From contig CBDIID010000003.1 in the NCBI GenBank assembly GCA_965279515.1, forward strand, positions 1,984,001-2,048,000: 64,000 bases of DNA. The letters run 5' to 3'. A model generated the notes under the pieces. That model worked only from the letters and a program-made list of their open reading frames with translations, had not been told where the DNA came from and did no database searches. The position numbers and the translations under genes were made by a program. Positions 40,219 to 49,335 of the stretch are shown in pieces; position 1 is the stretch's first letter, and every line of letters starts with the position of its first letter. The stretch is from Turneriella sp. GTDB taxonomy: Bacteria; Spirochaetota; Leptospiria; Turneriellales; Turneriellaceae.

Positions 40219-41931
40219 GTGCTTACGAAGCCAGCGCAGGTGCGAAGTTTTTTCCGCGTTTTTTTCAGCAAAGATTACAGCTACATTACCCGCTTTCCCC
40301 GCGGCATCTTTATTTTCGGAGGCATTGGCCATATTGGGTTTTTCCTGATCTGCCGGGACCTCCTTCAATACCGGGAGTCCTGGCTGTTACGCTCGACCGC
40401 CGCCCTCTGGTTCCTTGTTGCTTTTTTCAGCTTCAGGGTGATGAGATCCACTTTTTCAAAAGTGCACCTGGAACTCTTTTTGTTTTTCGTTTTCCCGTTT
40501 TTGTTCTCATACCATGCGGAGATAAATCCGGGGAAAACATACTGGCTCGGCTCGATGGCTTTTTGCGGATTTACCTACGGTTTGGTGTCCCGCGCTTTTT
40601 TCGCTATCCCCGGCTATTGTGCTGCCGTCGCGCTCAGCGTCGTAGCGCACGCAAATGACACCGGCGGCTTCTCGCATGAATTATTCAAGAGCTGGACACT
40701 GCCCACACATATCGTCGGCGGCTTCACGCTGGTGGTCTCTGCAATACTGCGGGTCGTGTACGAAGGCCAGTACAACCAGGTGCTGGAATTAACAAAAAGA
40801 CTGAACGAACGCGATCAGGCAAAATCCTTATTTTTGGCGTCGATGAGTCATGAAATCAGAACTCCGCTGCATGCCGTTATTGGCATCACCCAGCTTTTGG
40901 CAGAGGAAAATCCGCGCGTCGATCAGCAGTCAAAACTGAAGATACTCAAATCTTCTTCGGAACTTCTGTTATCTCAGGTGAATGATATATTGGATTATAA
41001 CCGCATAGAGGCCGGGAAATTAGTGGCAGAAAAAACGCGATTCATTCTGCGCGAAGCGCTCGCCGAATGCACCGATCTTTTCAGGCATGCGGCGCAGGAG
41101 AAAGAAAATGAAATCACCCTGCATGTAGATTCCAATCTGCCGATCGCTGCCCTGGGCGATGTGACCCGCTTCAAACAAATCATCAACAACCTGATCTCGA
41201 ACGCAAATAAATTCACCAATGCCGGAATCGTAAAAATTGAAGCAGGGCTCGCGGCTGTATCAGCAAAGACTTTTAACATGGCTGTCGCCGTCAGCGATAC
41301 CGGAATCGGCATTCCTGCGGACAGGCTTTCGGCGATCTTTGAAGATTTTACGCAGGCTACGCCCGGGACAACCAGGGAATATGGGGGCAGCGGCCTGGGC
41401 CTCGCTATCGTAAAACGTCTGCTGGATCTTTTCGACGGATCTATCGCAGTTACGAGCACACCTTCAGTAGGCTCAAAGTTTGAAATCAGCCTGAATCTCG
41501 AGCCGGCAGACGTCACTTCCGACATGATACCTGATCCGCTCGCGCAGCCCAAAGGCAAGCAGCGAAGCCAGCAAATACTTGTAGTGGATGACAATGAAAT
41601 CAACCGGCTCATCGCAACGCAGTGGCTGCACCGTTGGAAACTGAGTTACGACGTCGCTTCGGGCGGAGAAGAAGCACTGAAGCTGTGCCAGAGATCGCCT
41701 TTTAATGTGATGCTTCTCGATCTGCAAATGCCGGGTATGGACGGCTTTGAGTTATTGGAAAAACTGAAGGACCTTCAGCAACGGACGGGCAGGTCGGTCC
41801 GTTATATCGCCGTAACGGCCGATGCAACAGATACGACACGGCAGAAGGCCTTACTCGCAGGATTCGAAACTGTTCTGGTAAAACCCTTTGCACCCGAGCA
41901 ATTGTTGTTATTGCTGCAAGGCGCTGCATAA
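40219..41931 (+). CDS. Hybrid sensor histidine kinase/response regulator with membrane sensor domain
   Basis: FLASMSHEIRTPL, NLISNANKFT, DTGIGI, GGSGLGL, REC DLQMP; start uncertain. Confidence 0.93.
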   Translation: MLTKPAQVRSFFRVFFSKDYSYITRFPRGIFIFGGIGHIGFFLICRDLLQYRESWLLRSTAALWFLVAFFSFRVMRSTFSKVHLELFLFFVFPFLFSYHAEINPGKTYWLGSMAFCGFTYGLVSRAFFAIPGYCAAVALSVVAHANDTGGFSHELFKSWTLPTHIVGGFTLVVSAILRVVYEGQYNQVLELTKRLNERDQAKSLFLASMSHEIRTPLHAVIGITQLLAEENPRVDQQSKLKILKSSSELLLSQVNDILDYNRIEAGKLVAEKTRFILREALAECTDLFRHAAQEKENEITLHVDSNLPIAALGDVTRFKQIINNLISNANKFTNAGIVKIEAGLAAVSAKTFNMAVAVSDTGIGIPADRLSAIFEDFTQATPGTTREYGGSGLGLAIVKRLLDLFDGSIAVTSTPSVGSKFEISLNLEPADVTSDMIPDPLAQPKGKQRSQQILVVDDNEINRLIATQWLHRWKLSYDVASGGEEALKLCQRSPFNVMLLDLQMPGMDGFELLEKLKDLQQRTGRSVRYIAVTADATDTTRQKALLAGFETVLVKPFAPEQLLLLLQGAA

Positions 41932-41978
41932 TTTTGCTTCCCTAGACGCGAAGAGTTACAATATGCACCGCTTAAGTT

Positions 41979-43691
41979 ATGCGGATTTCGATCGTGCTCT
42001 CGGTGTCTTTGGTGCTGCTCCTGGAATGCCGCAGCTGGGGTAAGTTCTGGCAGGCACCAACATTCAGTGATTTTGCCCCGGCCGTGAGTACGAACTATAC
42101 CGTGCGCAGCGGCTTTCTTGTCGGCAACGTGACCAACGGTGATGGCGCAGAGGGTATTGAGATCGCCTATGACTCCACTGACGACTTCAAGGCAGGCACG
42201 GGATTTCCCGCATTCAAGGTACCATTGCCGACAGGCTCGTCAACCTGGCGCCTCGACAGCCGGCATAAAATCTTCTTACGGCTGAGGTATCCGAACAACG
42301 GCTACTCCGACACCGCCGCGTATACCGTGCGCAAGGGTAATAACCGCGACATCAACGGTGACGGGTATCCTGATTTAGTCGTGGGAGCAGATCAATACAA
42401 TAACAATAACACGGGTCGCGCATATATATTCTTATCCCGGGGTAAAACCGGAATCGCAACTCAAAACGCGGCAGCAGCAAATGCCATAATAACAGGCGAA
42501 AACACCAACCATCAATTTGGGGTTAGTCTTACGCTCGACGATCTCAACGGGGACGGTTATGCGGATCTGGTCGCCGGTGCGTATCAATACAATGCCGGTC
42601 AGGGGAGAGTCTATGCCTTTCACTCGAATGGCATATCGGGCATTGCGACCCAAAGCGCCGCCTCGGCAAACACCAAGATAGACGGCCGTGTTGGAGTAAA
42701 CTGCAATCTGGGTTTTTCTGTCGCAGCGGGAGATATTAACGGCGATGGGTATGCGGATATTGTAGCAGGTGCCTACACTGACGATTATGTAGGACTTGCA
42801 GCAAATAGCGGTCACACATATATCTTTCATTCTTCTGGAAATTCCGGAATTACCATCACTTCTGCTCCGGCCGCGACTACAGATATTAGCGGAGAAAATA
42901 ACGGTTCGAAATTTGGTACGTCAGTCGCTGTCGGAGATTTTAATGCTGACGGCTTTGCCGACCTGGTTGTCGGTGCTCCGTTTTATACATCTAATACCGG
43001 TAGGGTATTTTTATTCAACGGAGCTGCCAACGGTATCACAAGCCAGACTGCTTCACCCGCGCAAAGCATTGCGGGCACGGCAACTTTGATATCGATCGGC
43101 AACTCGGTTGCCACCGGAGATTTTAACGGCGACGGCTATGCCGATATCGCGACCGGGGCGCACGGAACCGCTCCAACGAATACTGGCGCTGCTTTTCTTT
43201 TCCTGTCAAAGCCAAATTTTACCACGGGAGGCTCGATTACAACAACCTCGGCAAATTTCGCCATTAGCGGCCAGGCCACAAGCGATGCTTTTGGTTTTTC
43301 GGTTGCATTCGGCGACATGAATGGAGATGGAAAGCATGACTTATTCGCTCACGCACAGCAGGTAAGCGGCACCAGCCGGGGATATGTTTTTCATTCCCAA
43401 AACGGCGGCATTGCCGGCTCCAATGCCGGCATTGCCAATACCATTATATCCGGTGAGGGAACCCCTGATTTCCTGGGAGCCTTTTCTGGCTCATACGACA
43501 TCAATGCGGACGGCTACGACGACTTGCTCCTCGGCGCACATCAGTACTCAACAGGCGGTAACACAGGTCGCGTGTATATTTTTCTGTCTCCGGGAAACGG
43601 CGGCGTTATTGGTGGTGCCGCCACAAACGCGAATGCAATAATTACCGGAGAAGCAGCGAACAACCGCTTCGGTCGCTCGATGCCCTATTAG
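41979..43691 (+). CDS. FG-GAP repeat (integrin alpha-type beta-propeller) lipoprotein
   Basis: Seven D[I/L/F/M]N[G/A]DG..D repeats with GA/GRVY motifs; lipobox-like LLEC. Confidence 0.92.
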   Translation: MRISIVLSVSLVLLLECRSWGKFWQAPTFSDFAPAVSTNYTVRSGFLVGNVTNGDGAEGIEIAYDSTDDFKAGTGFPAFKVPLPTGSSTWRLDSRHKIFLRLRYPNNGYSDTAAYTVRKGNNRDINGDGYPDLVVGADQYNNNNTGRAYIFLSRGKTGIATQNAAAANAIITGENTNHQFGVSLTLDDLNGDGYADLVAGAYQYNAGQGRVYAFHSNGISGIATQSAASANTKIDGRVGVNCNLGFSVAAGDINGDGYADIVAGAYTDDYVGLAANSGHTYIFHSSGNSGITITSAPAATTDISGENNGSKFGTSVAVGDFNADGFADLVVGAPFYTSNTGRVFLFNGAANGITSQTASPAQSIAGTATLISIGNSVATGDFNGDGYADIATGAHGTAPTNTGAAFLFLSKPNFTTGGSITTTSANFAISGQATSDAFGFSVAFGDMNGDGKHDLFAHAQQVSGTSRGYVFHSQNGGIAGSNAGIANTIISGEGTPDFLGAFSGSYDINADGYDDLLLGAHQYSTGGNTGRVYIFLSPGNGGVIGGAATNANAIITGEAANNRFGRSMPY

Positions 43692-43692
43692 G

Positions 43693-44988
43693 CTATTTTC
43701 TCAAAATCACGTAAAAGTGCGCCCGGCCACGCAGCACGTGCACGAGGTGGGTTGGCTTGTCTACCGTGAACGCCGCCTTCGCCGCGTCGAGTGTATTGAT
43801 CGGCTTACCATCTGCCTCAAGCACAATGTCGCCGAGATTGAGCCCCGCATGCTGTGCCGAGCTGCCCGAATCGATGAAGCTGATGTAGGCGCCCTGCTTC
43901 TGGTCAAGCTGGTAGCGCTCGGCAAGATCATCGGTAACTTCCATGATCACAAAGCCCAGCGGTGATTGCCACTTCTTGCCTTCGACGGGCGGGCGCTCTT
44001 TGACGAGACCCGCGATCTCCTGCGTTTTGCCGCCTCTGAGGATTTCAAGTTTCACATCTTTGCCGATCGGCAGGTCAGACATTTTGCGTATAATCGGGTG
44101 CACGTCTTTTTCTTCGACCGCACTCACCGCCTCGCCATTCACGCGCATGACCACATCAAGCGGTTTCAGCTTGCCGTAAAAATTCGAGGATTTCAGTACC
44201 AGCGAAACCATGACGCCGCCGGTGTTGTTGATCCCCAGTTGCTTGCGCAATTCGAAATCGAGCGGCATGAGCTGAATGCCGAGAAAACCCCGCTTGATAC
44301 CGCCGGACTTCAAGAGCTTGTCTTTGACCTCGAGCGCGGTCTCAATCGGAATCGTGAATGCCAACCCCGAACCGCCGCGCGAATTGATACCGATGACTTC
44401 GCCGCGCATATTGAGGAGCGGTCCGCCGGAGGAACCCGGTGCGATAAATGCATCCGTTTGAATAAAATCATTGAGCACCGGCGCCTGCGGCACGTTGCGC
44501 CCTTTCGCGGAAACGATACCGAAACTCACAGTACGGTCGAGACCATAGGGATTGCCCACCGCAAGCACCCACTGCCCCACCTTGGTGGTTTTGCTGCTGC
44601 CGAGCGTCACAGGCCGCAGATTTTTTGCCAGCGCGGCGTCGACCTGAATCAGCGCGACATCGGTCGGCTCGTCGGAACCCAGAACTTTGGCCTCGTATTC
44701 GCGCGGGTCGTTATTGAATTTCACCAGGACTTTCACGTTGTTGTCAATAACGTGGTGGTTCGTCAGAATCATGCCGTTCTTATCGATGACAAAACCGGAG
44801 CCCATGCCGCTGAACTTCTTGTTGTTCACGCTGCCCTCAACCTTGATATGCACGACGCTGTTCGTAATCTCTTCGCTGACCTGCGTGATGTGATTCTCGA
44901 GCTTCTCGAGGTCGGCGGGTAACGGGGTTGCCAGAAGGGCCGTCGCAAAGGCAAAAATCAGGGGGATGGCTTTCGGTACGGAAATCAT
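43693..44988 (-). CDS. HtrA/DegP family serine protease with two PDZ domains
   Basis: GSGFVI, LTNHHV, TDVALI, PGSSGGPL, GFLGI; signal from MISV. Confidence 0.95.
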   Translation of the reverse strand: MISVPKAIPLIFAFATALLATPLPADLEKLENHITQVSEEITNSVVHIKVEGSVNNKKFSGMGSGFVIDKNGMILTNHHVIDNNVKVLVKFNNDPREYEAKVLGSDEPTDVALIQVDAALAKNLRPVTLGSSKTTKVGQWVLAVGNPYGLDRTVSFGIVSAKGRNVPQAPVLNDFIQTDAFIAPGSSGGPLLNMRGEVIGINSRGGSGLAFTIPIETALEVKDKLLKSGGIKRGFLGIQLMPLDFELRKQLGINNTGGVMVSLVLKSSNFYGKLKPLDVVMRVNGEAVSAVEEKDVHPIIRKMSDLPIGKDVKLEILRGGKTQEIAGLVKERPPVEGKKWQSPLGFVIMEVTDDLAERYQLDQKQGAYISFIDSGSSAQHAGLNLGDIVLEADGKPINTLDAAKAAFTVDKPTHLVHVLRGRAHFYVILRK

Positions 44989-45007
44989 TCTCTCTGCGAT
45001 GTAAATC

Positions 45008-45892
45008 TCACCGTCGGCGTAAACTGCGATTCTGCCAGTAACGGCTGAGCAGTACCGTGACGATGAGCCCCAGAAAAACCAGCGCTGACCCGGCACGCTG
45101 ATAAGCAGACAGGTGTTCGTCCAAAAAGAAAGCATTGCTGGCAAGACCATAGATCGGTACGAGTGTGGCAAACGGCATCACGCGGCTGGCGGGAAATTTC
45201 AGCATCACGGTGCTAAAAAGCGTAAATGAAAGATGGGTCGCGAGGTAGGCCATAAAGAGCAACGACAGCCAGGAGCGCAGCGAGCTGTGCGTGATTTGGG
45301 TCACGATCGACTGCGGCCCGTCGACCACCAGCGCGAGGGCAACGAGCGGTACCGCGGAGATAAAACTCGTCCAGGCGATAAAGCCGGCGAAGTCTGAAAT
45401 TTTGAAAGACTTGATCAGCGTGTTGCCGAATGACCAGAACAGCGCCGAGAGTAAAATAAGGCCAAAGGCAAAAAATTCGGCGCCGAGCATGTATTCATAG
45501 CCAATCACGATAAGGCCAATCGCCGAAAGCAGAAATCCCATGATCTGAAAAAATGTGACCTTCTCGCGGTAAAAGACCCAGGCTAAGAAAATCGTGATAT
45601 AGACCTGAAACTGTATGAGCACCGAGCTCAACCCAGCGGGCAGTTTATAGTGGATTGCGAGAAACATCAGGCCATACTGCAGCACGCCGATCGAAAAACT
45701 ATAAACGACAAGGCGGGCAAATGGAACCGGTGGGCGCCTGTAGATAAGTACCAGCGGAAAACCCGCAATGGCAAAACGGATAGCGACTAAGGTAAAGGGA
45801 GAAAACGATTCGAGACCGAGCTTAATCGCAACAAAGCTGAGACCCCAGAACACCGGAGGCAGCAAAACATAGAGGTAATCTTTAGGTGACAA
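45008..45892 (-). CDS. EamA/DMT family transporter
   Basis: FWGLSFVAIKLGL, AGLSSVLIQ.QV, PFATLVPIYG; ten TM helices. Confidence 0.9.
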   Translation of the reverse strand: MSPKDYLYVLLPPVFWGLSFVAIKLGLESFSPFTLVAIRFAIAGFPLVLIYRRPPVPFARLVVYSFSIGVLQYGLMFLAIHYKLPAGLSSVLIQFQVYITIFLAWVFYREKVTFFQIMGFLLSAIGLIVIGYEYMLGAEFFAFGLILLSALFWSFGNTLIKSFKISDFAGFIAWTSFISAVPLVALALVVDGPQSIVTQITHSSLRSWLSLLFMAYLATHLSFTLFSTVMLKFPASRVMPFATLVPIYGLASNAFFLDEHLSAYQRAGSALVFLGLIVTVLLSRYWQNRSLRRR

Positions 45893-45919
45893 AAGAATGC
45901 AGGGTGTGTAACACCCTGC
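45892..45919 (-). terminator. Intrinsic terminator after the Cys-rich protein gene
   Basis: Stem gcagggtgt/acaccctgc (45899-45919) followed on the minus strand by attctttt. Confidence 0.7.
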
Positions 45920-45937
45920 GGAAACCTTATTGAGCTG

Positions 45938-46255
45938 TCAGGTTGCGCCCTGCGGTTTCGTTTCAGCCGTTTTATCTTTCGGCTTCTTCATGTCGCAGTG
46001 GCCTTTTTTGCATTTGCCGGATTCACAGTTCTTTTTGCATTTTTCGTCTTTGCAATCTTTACAGCAATCCTTCGACATCTTTTTGTCGTCGCAGCAATCA
46101 TGCTTACCATCTTTCTGCTTGCAGTCTTTGCAGCATTCTTTCTGGTCGCAACAGTCTTCGTGACCACCTTTGTGGCCGTCATGCTGATCGGCAAAAACAA
46201 GGTTGGCGGGCAGCACAAAGGCCGCCACAGCAAGTAAATTTAATAATAATTTCAT
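45938..46255 (-). CDS. Exported Cys/His/Lys-rich small protein (metallothionein-like)
   Basis: RBS ggagga, signal peptide ending VFA, 14 Cys and 5 His in the mature part. Confidence 0.75.
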   Translation of the reverse strand: MKLLLNLLAVAAFVLPANLVFADQHDGHKGGHEDCCDQKECCKDCKQKDGKHDCCDDKKMSKDCCKDCKDEKCKKNCESGKCKKGHCDMKKPKDKTAETKPQGAT

Positions 46256-46303
46256 AGATCCTCCGTAGTATTTTTAATGATGAGCCTTAAGGCTCGCGCG
46301 GTA

Positions 46304-46639
46304 TCAGCTGCGCCGCGGCGGAGGTAGTGACGGTAAAATGGTGAGTGAGGTGAATGGAACTTCTTCGTTTTGTAATACGACGCTGGCGACTGCCGGCGGC
46401 ATCATGACAATAAGCGCCTCGATATGCGCGGGGTTAAAACAGTGCAGGTTGCAGCAGGGTTTTTCGCTTTTTTTCTGCTCTTTGTTTCCGTGGTTTTTAT
46501 GCGCCGGTTTCGCGTGGCAGGACTTCTTTGCTGCCTGGGCAGTTTCGGCGCCTGCCGCGCAAGGGTAAAGGTTCACACCGCCAAACACGAAGATGCCGGT
46601 GACGGAACATAGGGAAAAAACCTTAACCCACGGCTTCAC
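46304..46639 (-). CDS. DUF2946/CruR-like small protein
   Basis: Hydrophobic N-terminus, SCH..H..H, CCNLHC, C-terminal PSLPPPRRS; GTG start inferred. Confidence 0.55.
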   Translation of the reverse strand: MKPWVKVFSLCSVTGIFVFGGVNLYPCAAGAETAQAAKKSCHAKPAHKNHGNKEQKKSEKPCCNLHCFNPAHIEALIVMMPPAVASVVLQNEEVPFTSLTILPSLPPPRRS

Positions 46640-46687
46640 TGTCAGAAACCTAATAAATCCGACCGGGGCTGGCAATATATTTACCGG

Positions 46688-47206
46688 TCATTTTTTCTTT
46701 GCTGCCGCTTTTTTCGCAGGTTTGACCTTCGCCGCCGGGGCGGCTTTTTTCGTCGCAACCTTTACCAGCGGCTTTAGCGGGGGCGCCCCGGGTTTGGGGG
46801 GGGCTTTTTTCATCGGCGTCACGGTGCGCGGTGGTTTAACGACGAGCTTCTTTTTCGGTGGCCGTGCTGGCTGTACCTTGTTGTACTCGAGAGTTTTATC
46901 GATCCAGAACTGAAGATCAGCTTCATTCGTATAACCTTCGGCATGGATAAAGACAAAACCCGTCATGGGTTTTCCGACGAAGTCCATCTCGCGTACGCCG
47001 GCGCGTTTTAAGGCCTCGTCGTGGAAGCCGGGACCTACGCGCGCCATGAGACGGTCTTCGCCACTGATTTTGTCGCGGCTGATACCGACGCACATCTTCT
47101 CATCGACCATGAAGGCGACACCGCCAAACATCGGCTTTTCGATGAAGGTCGCCTGCGGCGTAAGGAGCTTTCTGATCCGTACGGCCAACTCTTCGCTATA
47201 TGACAC
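46688..47206 (-). CDS. TfoX/Sxy N-terminal domain protein with Lys/Pro/Ala-rich tail
   Basis: EKPMFGGVAFMV..KMCVG, LMARVG, GKPMTGFV. Confidence 0.88.
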   Translation of the reverse strand: MSYSEELAVRIRKLLTPQATFIEKPMFGGVAFMVDEKMCVGISRDKISGEDRLMARVGPGFHDEALKRAGVREMDFVGKPMTGFVFIHAEGYTNEADLQFWIDKTLEYNKVQPARPPKKKLVVKPPRTVTPMKKAPPKPGAPPLKPLVKVATKKAAPAAKVKPAKKAAAKKK

Positions 47207-47294
47207 AGGTTACTTGATAAGGTGGAGTGACCTTGGCAACGGCCTTTCTTGTTTACATTCAGGAGGCCCGATAAGTGTGGTACTCGTTATTTGC

Positions 47295-47888
47295 ATGCAG
47301 GCGCCTAATATCACAAATCTGCCTTTTCTCCTGTGGGTCGCGCGAAGCGATACCTGGCAGGTCACCGAATGCAGCAATGCACTTCTGCAGGCCTGCGCTT
47401 ACGCCGATGCATCCCCGGTTGGCGGACCGCTTTCGGCCCTGATCGGCACCCGTGGTGCCGATGAAGTAAAAAACTGGTCTGACCTTCAGAACGGCACGGA
47501 TTCACCGCTGCAACTGCGCGCGACGATCCACATGCAGGCCGGCACCGTGTTCAGCGCCGCGGTCAGCGTCGCCCGGATCAAAAACTCTGAACCGGCTAGC
47601 CTGGCATTTTTTGCACTGGCAGATACTCGCGTTGCGGCAGCTGAGCCTCAAATCGCGACGGCGACGGCCGACCAGGCAAAATTCGACGCGCTCGCGATTA
47701 TCGCGCAGGGCATGGGACATGAAATCAATAACCCACTGCAGATTATCCTGGGAAATGCAGAGTACCTGCTCACGCTGAACAAGGATGCTGCGCTCTCGTC
47801 GGCACTGCAGGATATTCTCTCAGCCGGAGAGCGCATCAAATCTGCCGTCGCTAATTTAAAGGATTTTGTGCGAACAGAGGAAAAGTAA
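47295..47888 (+). CDS. PAS-like domain plus HisKA phospho-acceptor domain, no ATPase domain
   Basis: GMGHEINNPLQIILG H-box; ORF ends right after the DHp helices. Confidence 0.7.
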   Translation: MQAPNITNLPFLLWVARSDTWQVTECSNALLQACAYADASPVGGPLSALIGTRGADEVKNWSDLQNGTDSPLQLRATIHMQAGTVFSAAVSVARIKNSEPASLAFFALADTRVAAAEPQIATATADQAKFDALAIIAQGMGHEINNPLQIILGNAEYLLTLNKDAALSSALQDILSAGERIKSAVANLKDFVRTEEK

Positions 47889-47892
47889 TACC

Positions 47893-49053
47893 ATGATCGT
47901 AGTCACCTCAGAGATGCTGGCGGCAAAAATCCGCCCCGCCGCCGAGCTGCTGGGCATAGAGGTCGGTATTGCGACCTCCGCCGGTGCAGTCATGGCCCTG
48001 AACCCCCAGGTCGTCGTAACCGAAGCGGGAAATCCCACCGAACTCAATATCCTCTATAAAATCCGCGAGACAAATCCCACGCTCCCCAGGATCATCGCAT
48101 TTTCCGCGGTGGCGATCCCCATGAATGTCATGATATCGATGCGCCTGGGTCATCGTTTCATCGATCTGAAAGAGGACGCGGCAGCACTCGCCTCTGTCAT
48201 CGGCGATGCGATCAGGCTGACTGGATATTTTATGTCAGAGGACATCCAGAAGTATGTGCGCAATCTTGCGTTTTTACCGCGCCTGCCCGACCTCTACGTG
48301 CGCGTCGAAGAGGCTGTGCATTCGCCGGGCTCTTCGCTCTCGAAAGCCGCCGAGATTATCGGGCACGACCAGACGGTGACGAGCCTCGTGCTGAAGCTCG
48401 TCAACGCAGCTGCCTTTGCCGGTAAAAGACCTGTAACCAAGATCGCTGAAGCCGTAACGCGCATCGGGATTAATAACATCAAGGCCATCATACTCGCAGT
48501 CAGCATTTTTTCCGGCAAGATCGGTTACGGCGGCGGCACGGATTTTAATTCCCTGCACACCCACGCCTTCACTGTCGCGCGCTGCGCGCGACGCATCGCC
48601 GAAAGCGAAGACCTGCCCCCCTGGAGCCAGGATATGATTTTTCTCGCCGGCCTGCTGCACGATATTGGTTCACTGGTGCTCTTAACCTCGGACGGCAAGC
48701 TGTATGAAGACACGCTGGTAAGAGCGCAGACGATGAAACTCAATATGCTCGATCTTGAAAAAGAAGTTTTTGGCGTCGACCATGCCGTGCTGGGCGGCTA
48801 TATCTCACGCCTGTGGGGATTTCCCGATATTATCGCCGAACTCATCATGCACCACCACAGCGCCCCGAAAGAAGACGTGAGCTTTCGTATCATTCAGGCA
48901 GCCGACGCCATGACGCAGAAATTCCTCTACCACGGGCATGGCGAGGCCATACCTATGGCAACCGATGTCAATGAAGAGTGGGTCAAGATCTGCAAACCGA
49001 TTATCCAGGAAGTCGCCGTCGAAAATGCGGCGGCAAATAAGAACAGAAAATAA
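47893..49053 (+). CDS. HDOD domain protein with degenerate receiver-like N-terminus
   Basis: LPRLP, VLKLVNAAAF, AGLLHDIG, GVDHAVLGG...WGFP...HHH. Confidence 0.88.
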   Translation: MIVVTSEMLAAKIRPAAELLGIEVGIATSAGAVMALNPQVVVTEAGNPTELNILYKIRETNPTLPRIIAFSAVAIPMNVMISMRLGHRFIDLKEDAAALASVIGDAIRLTGYFMSEDIQKYVRNLAFLPRLPDLYVRVEEAVHSPGSSLSKAAEIIGHDQTVTSLVLKLVNAAAFAGKRPVTKIAEAVTRIGINNIKAIILAVSIFSGKIGYGGGTDFNSLHTHAFTVARCARRIAESEDLPPWSQDMIFLAGLLHDIGSLVLLTSDGKLYEDTLVRAQTMKLNMLDLEKEVFGVDHAVLGGYISRLWGFPDIIAELIMHHHSAPKEDVSFRIIQAADAMTQKFLYHGHGEAIPMATDVNEEWVKICKPIIQEVAVENAAANKNRK

Positions 49054-49086
49054 CCGGCGGCGGCAAAACCTGGTCGAAACCAGATT

Positions 49087-49335
49087 TTAGAATTTCCCCT
49101 GAAAATATTCCAGCATTCCGCCCAGGGTCAGAATATGGCGGTAATCCGATTCGGGCGTCGTGTAGCCGGTATCGGCCGCGATGGCGCGCAACATGCGCAG
49201 AAGGTCCAGCGAGTCGATACGCAGCTCCTTTTTGAGCGCCCGCGCGGGATTGACTTTTTCGACGTTGATTTCGGGCGCAGCCTTTTTCATTTTTTCCTGT
49301 AAGTATTTCTTCAGCTCATCCGGTGTTTTTGCCAT
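49087..49335 (-). CDS. Acyl carrier protein
   Basis: LRIDSLD phosphopantetheine site; PESDY..I.TL; last gene of the pdh operon. Confidence 0.85.
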   Translation of the reverse strand: MAKTPDELKKYLQEKMKKAAPEINVEKVNPARALKKELRIDSLDLLRMLRAIAADTGYTTPESDYRHILTLGGMLEYFQGKF

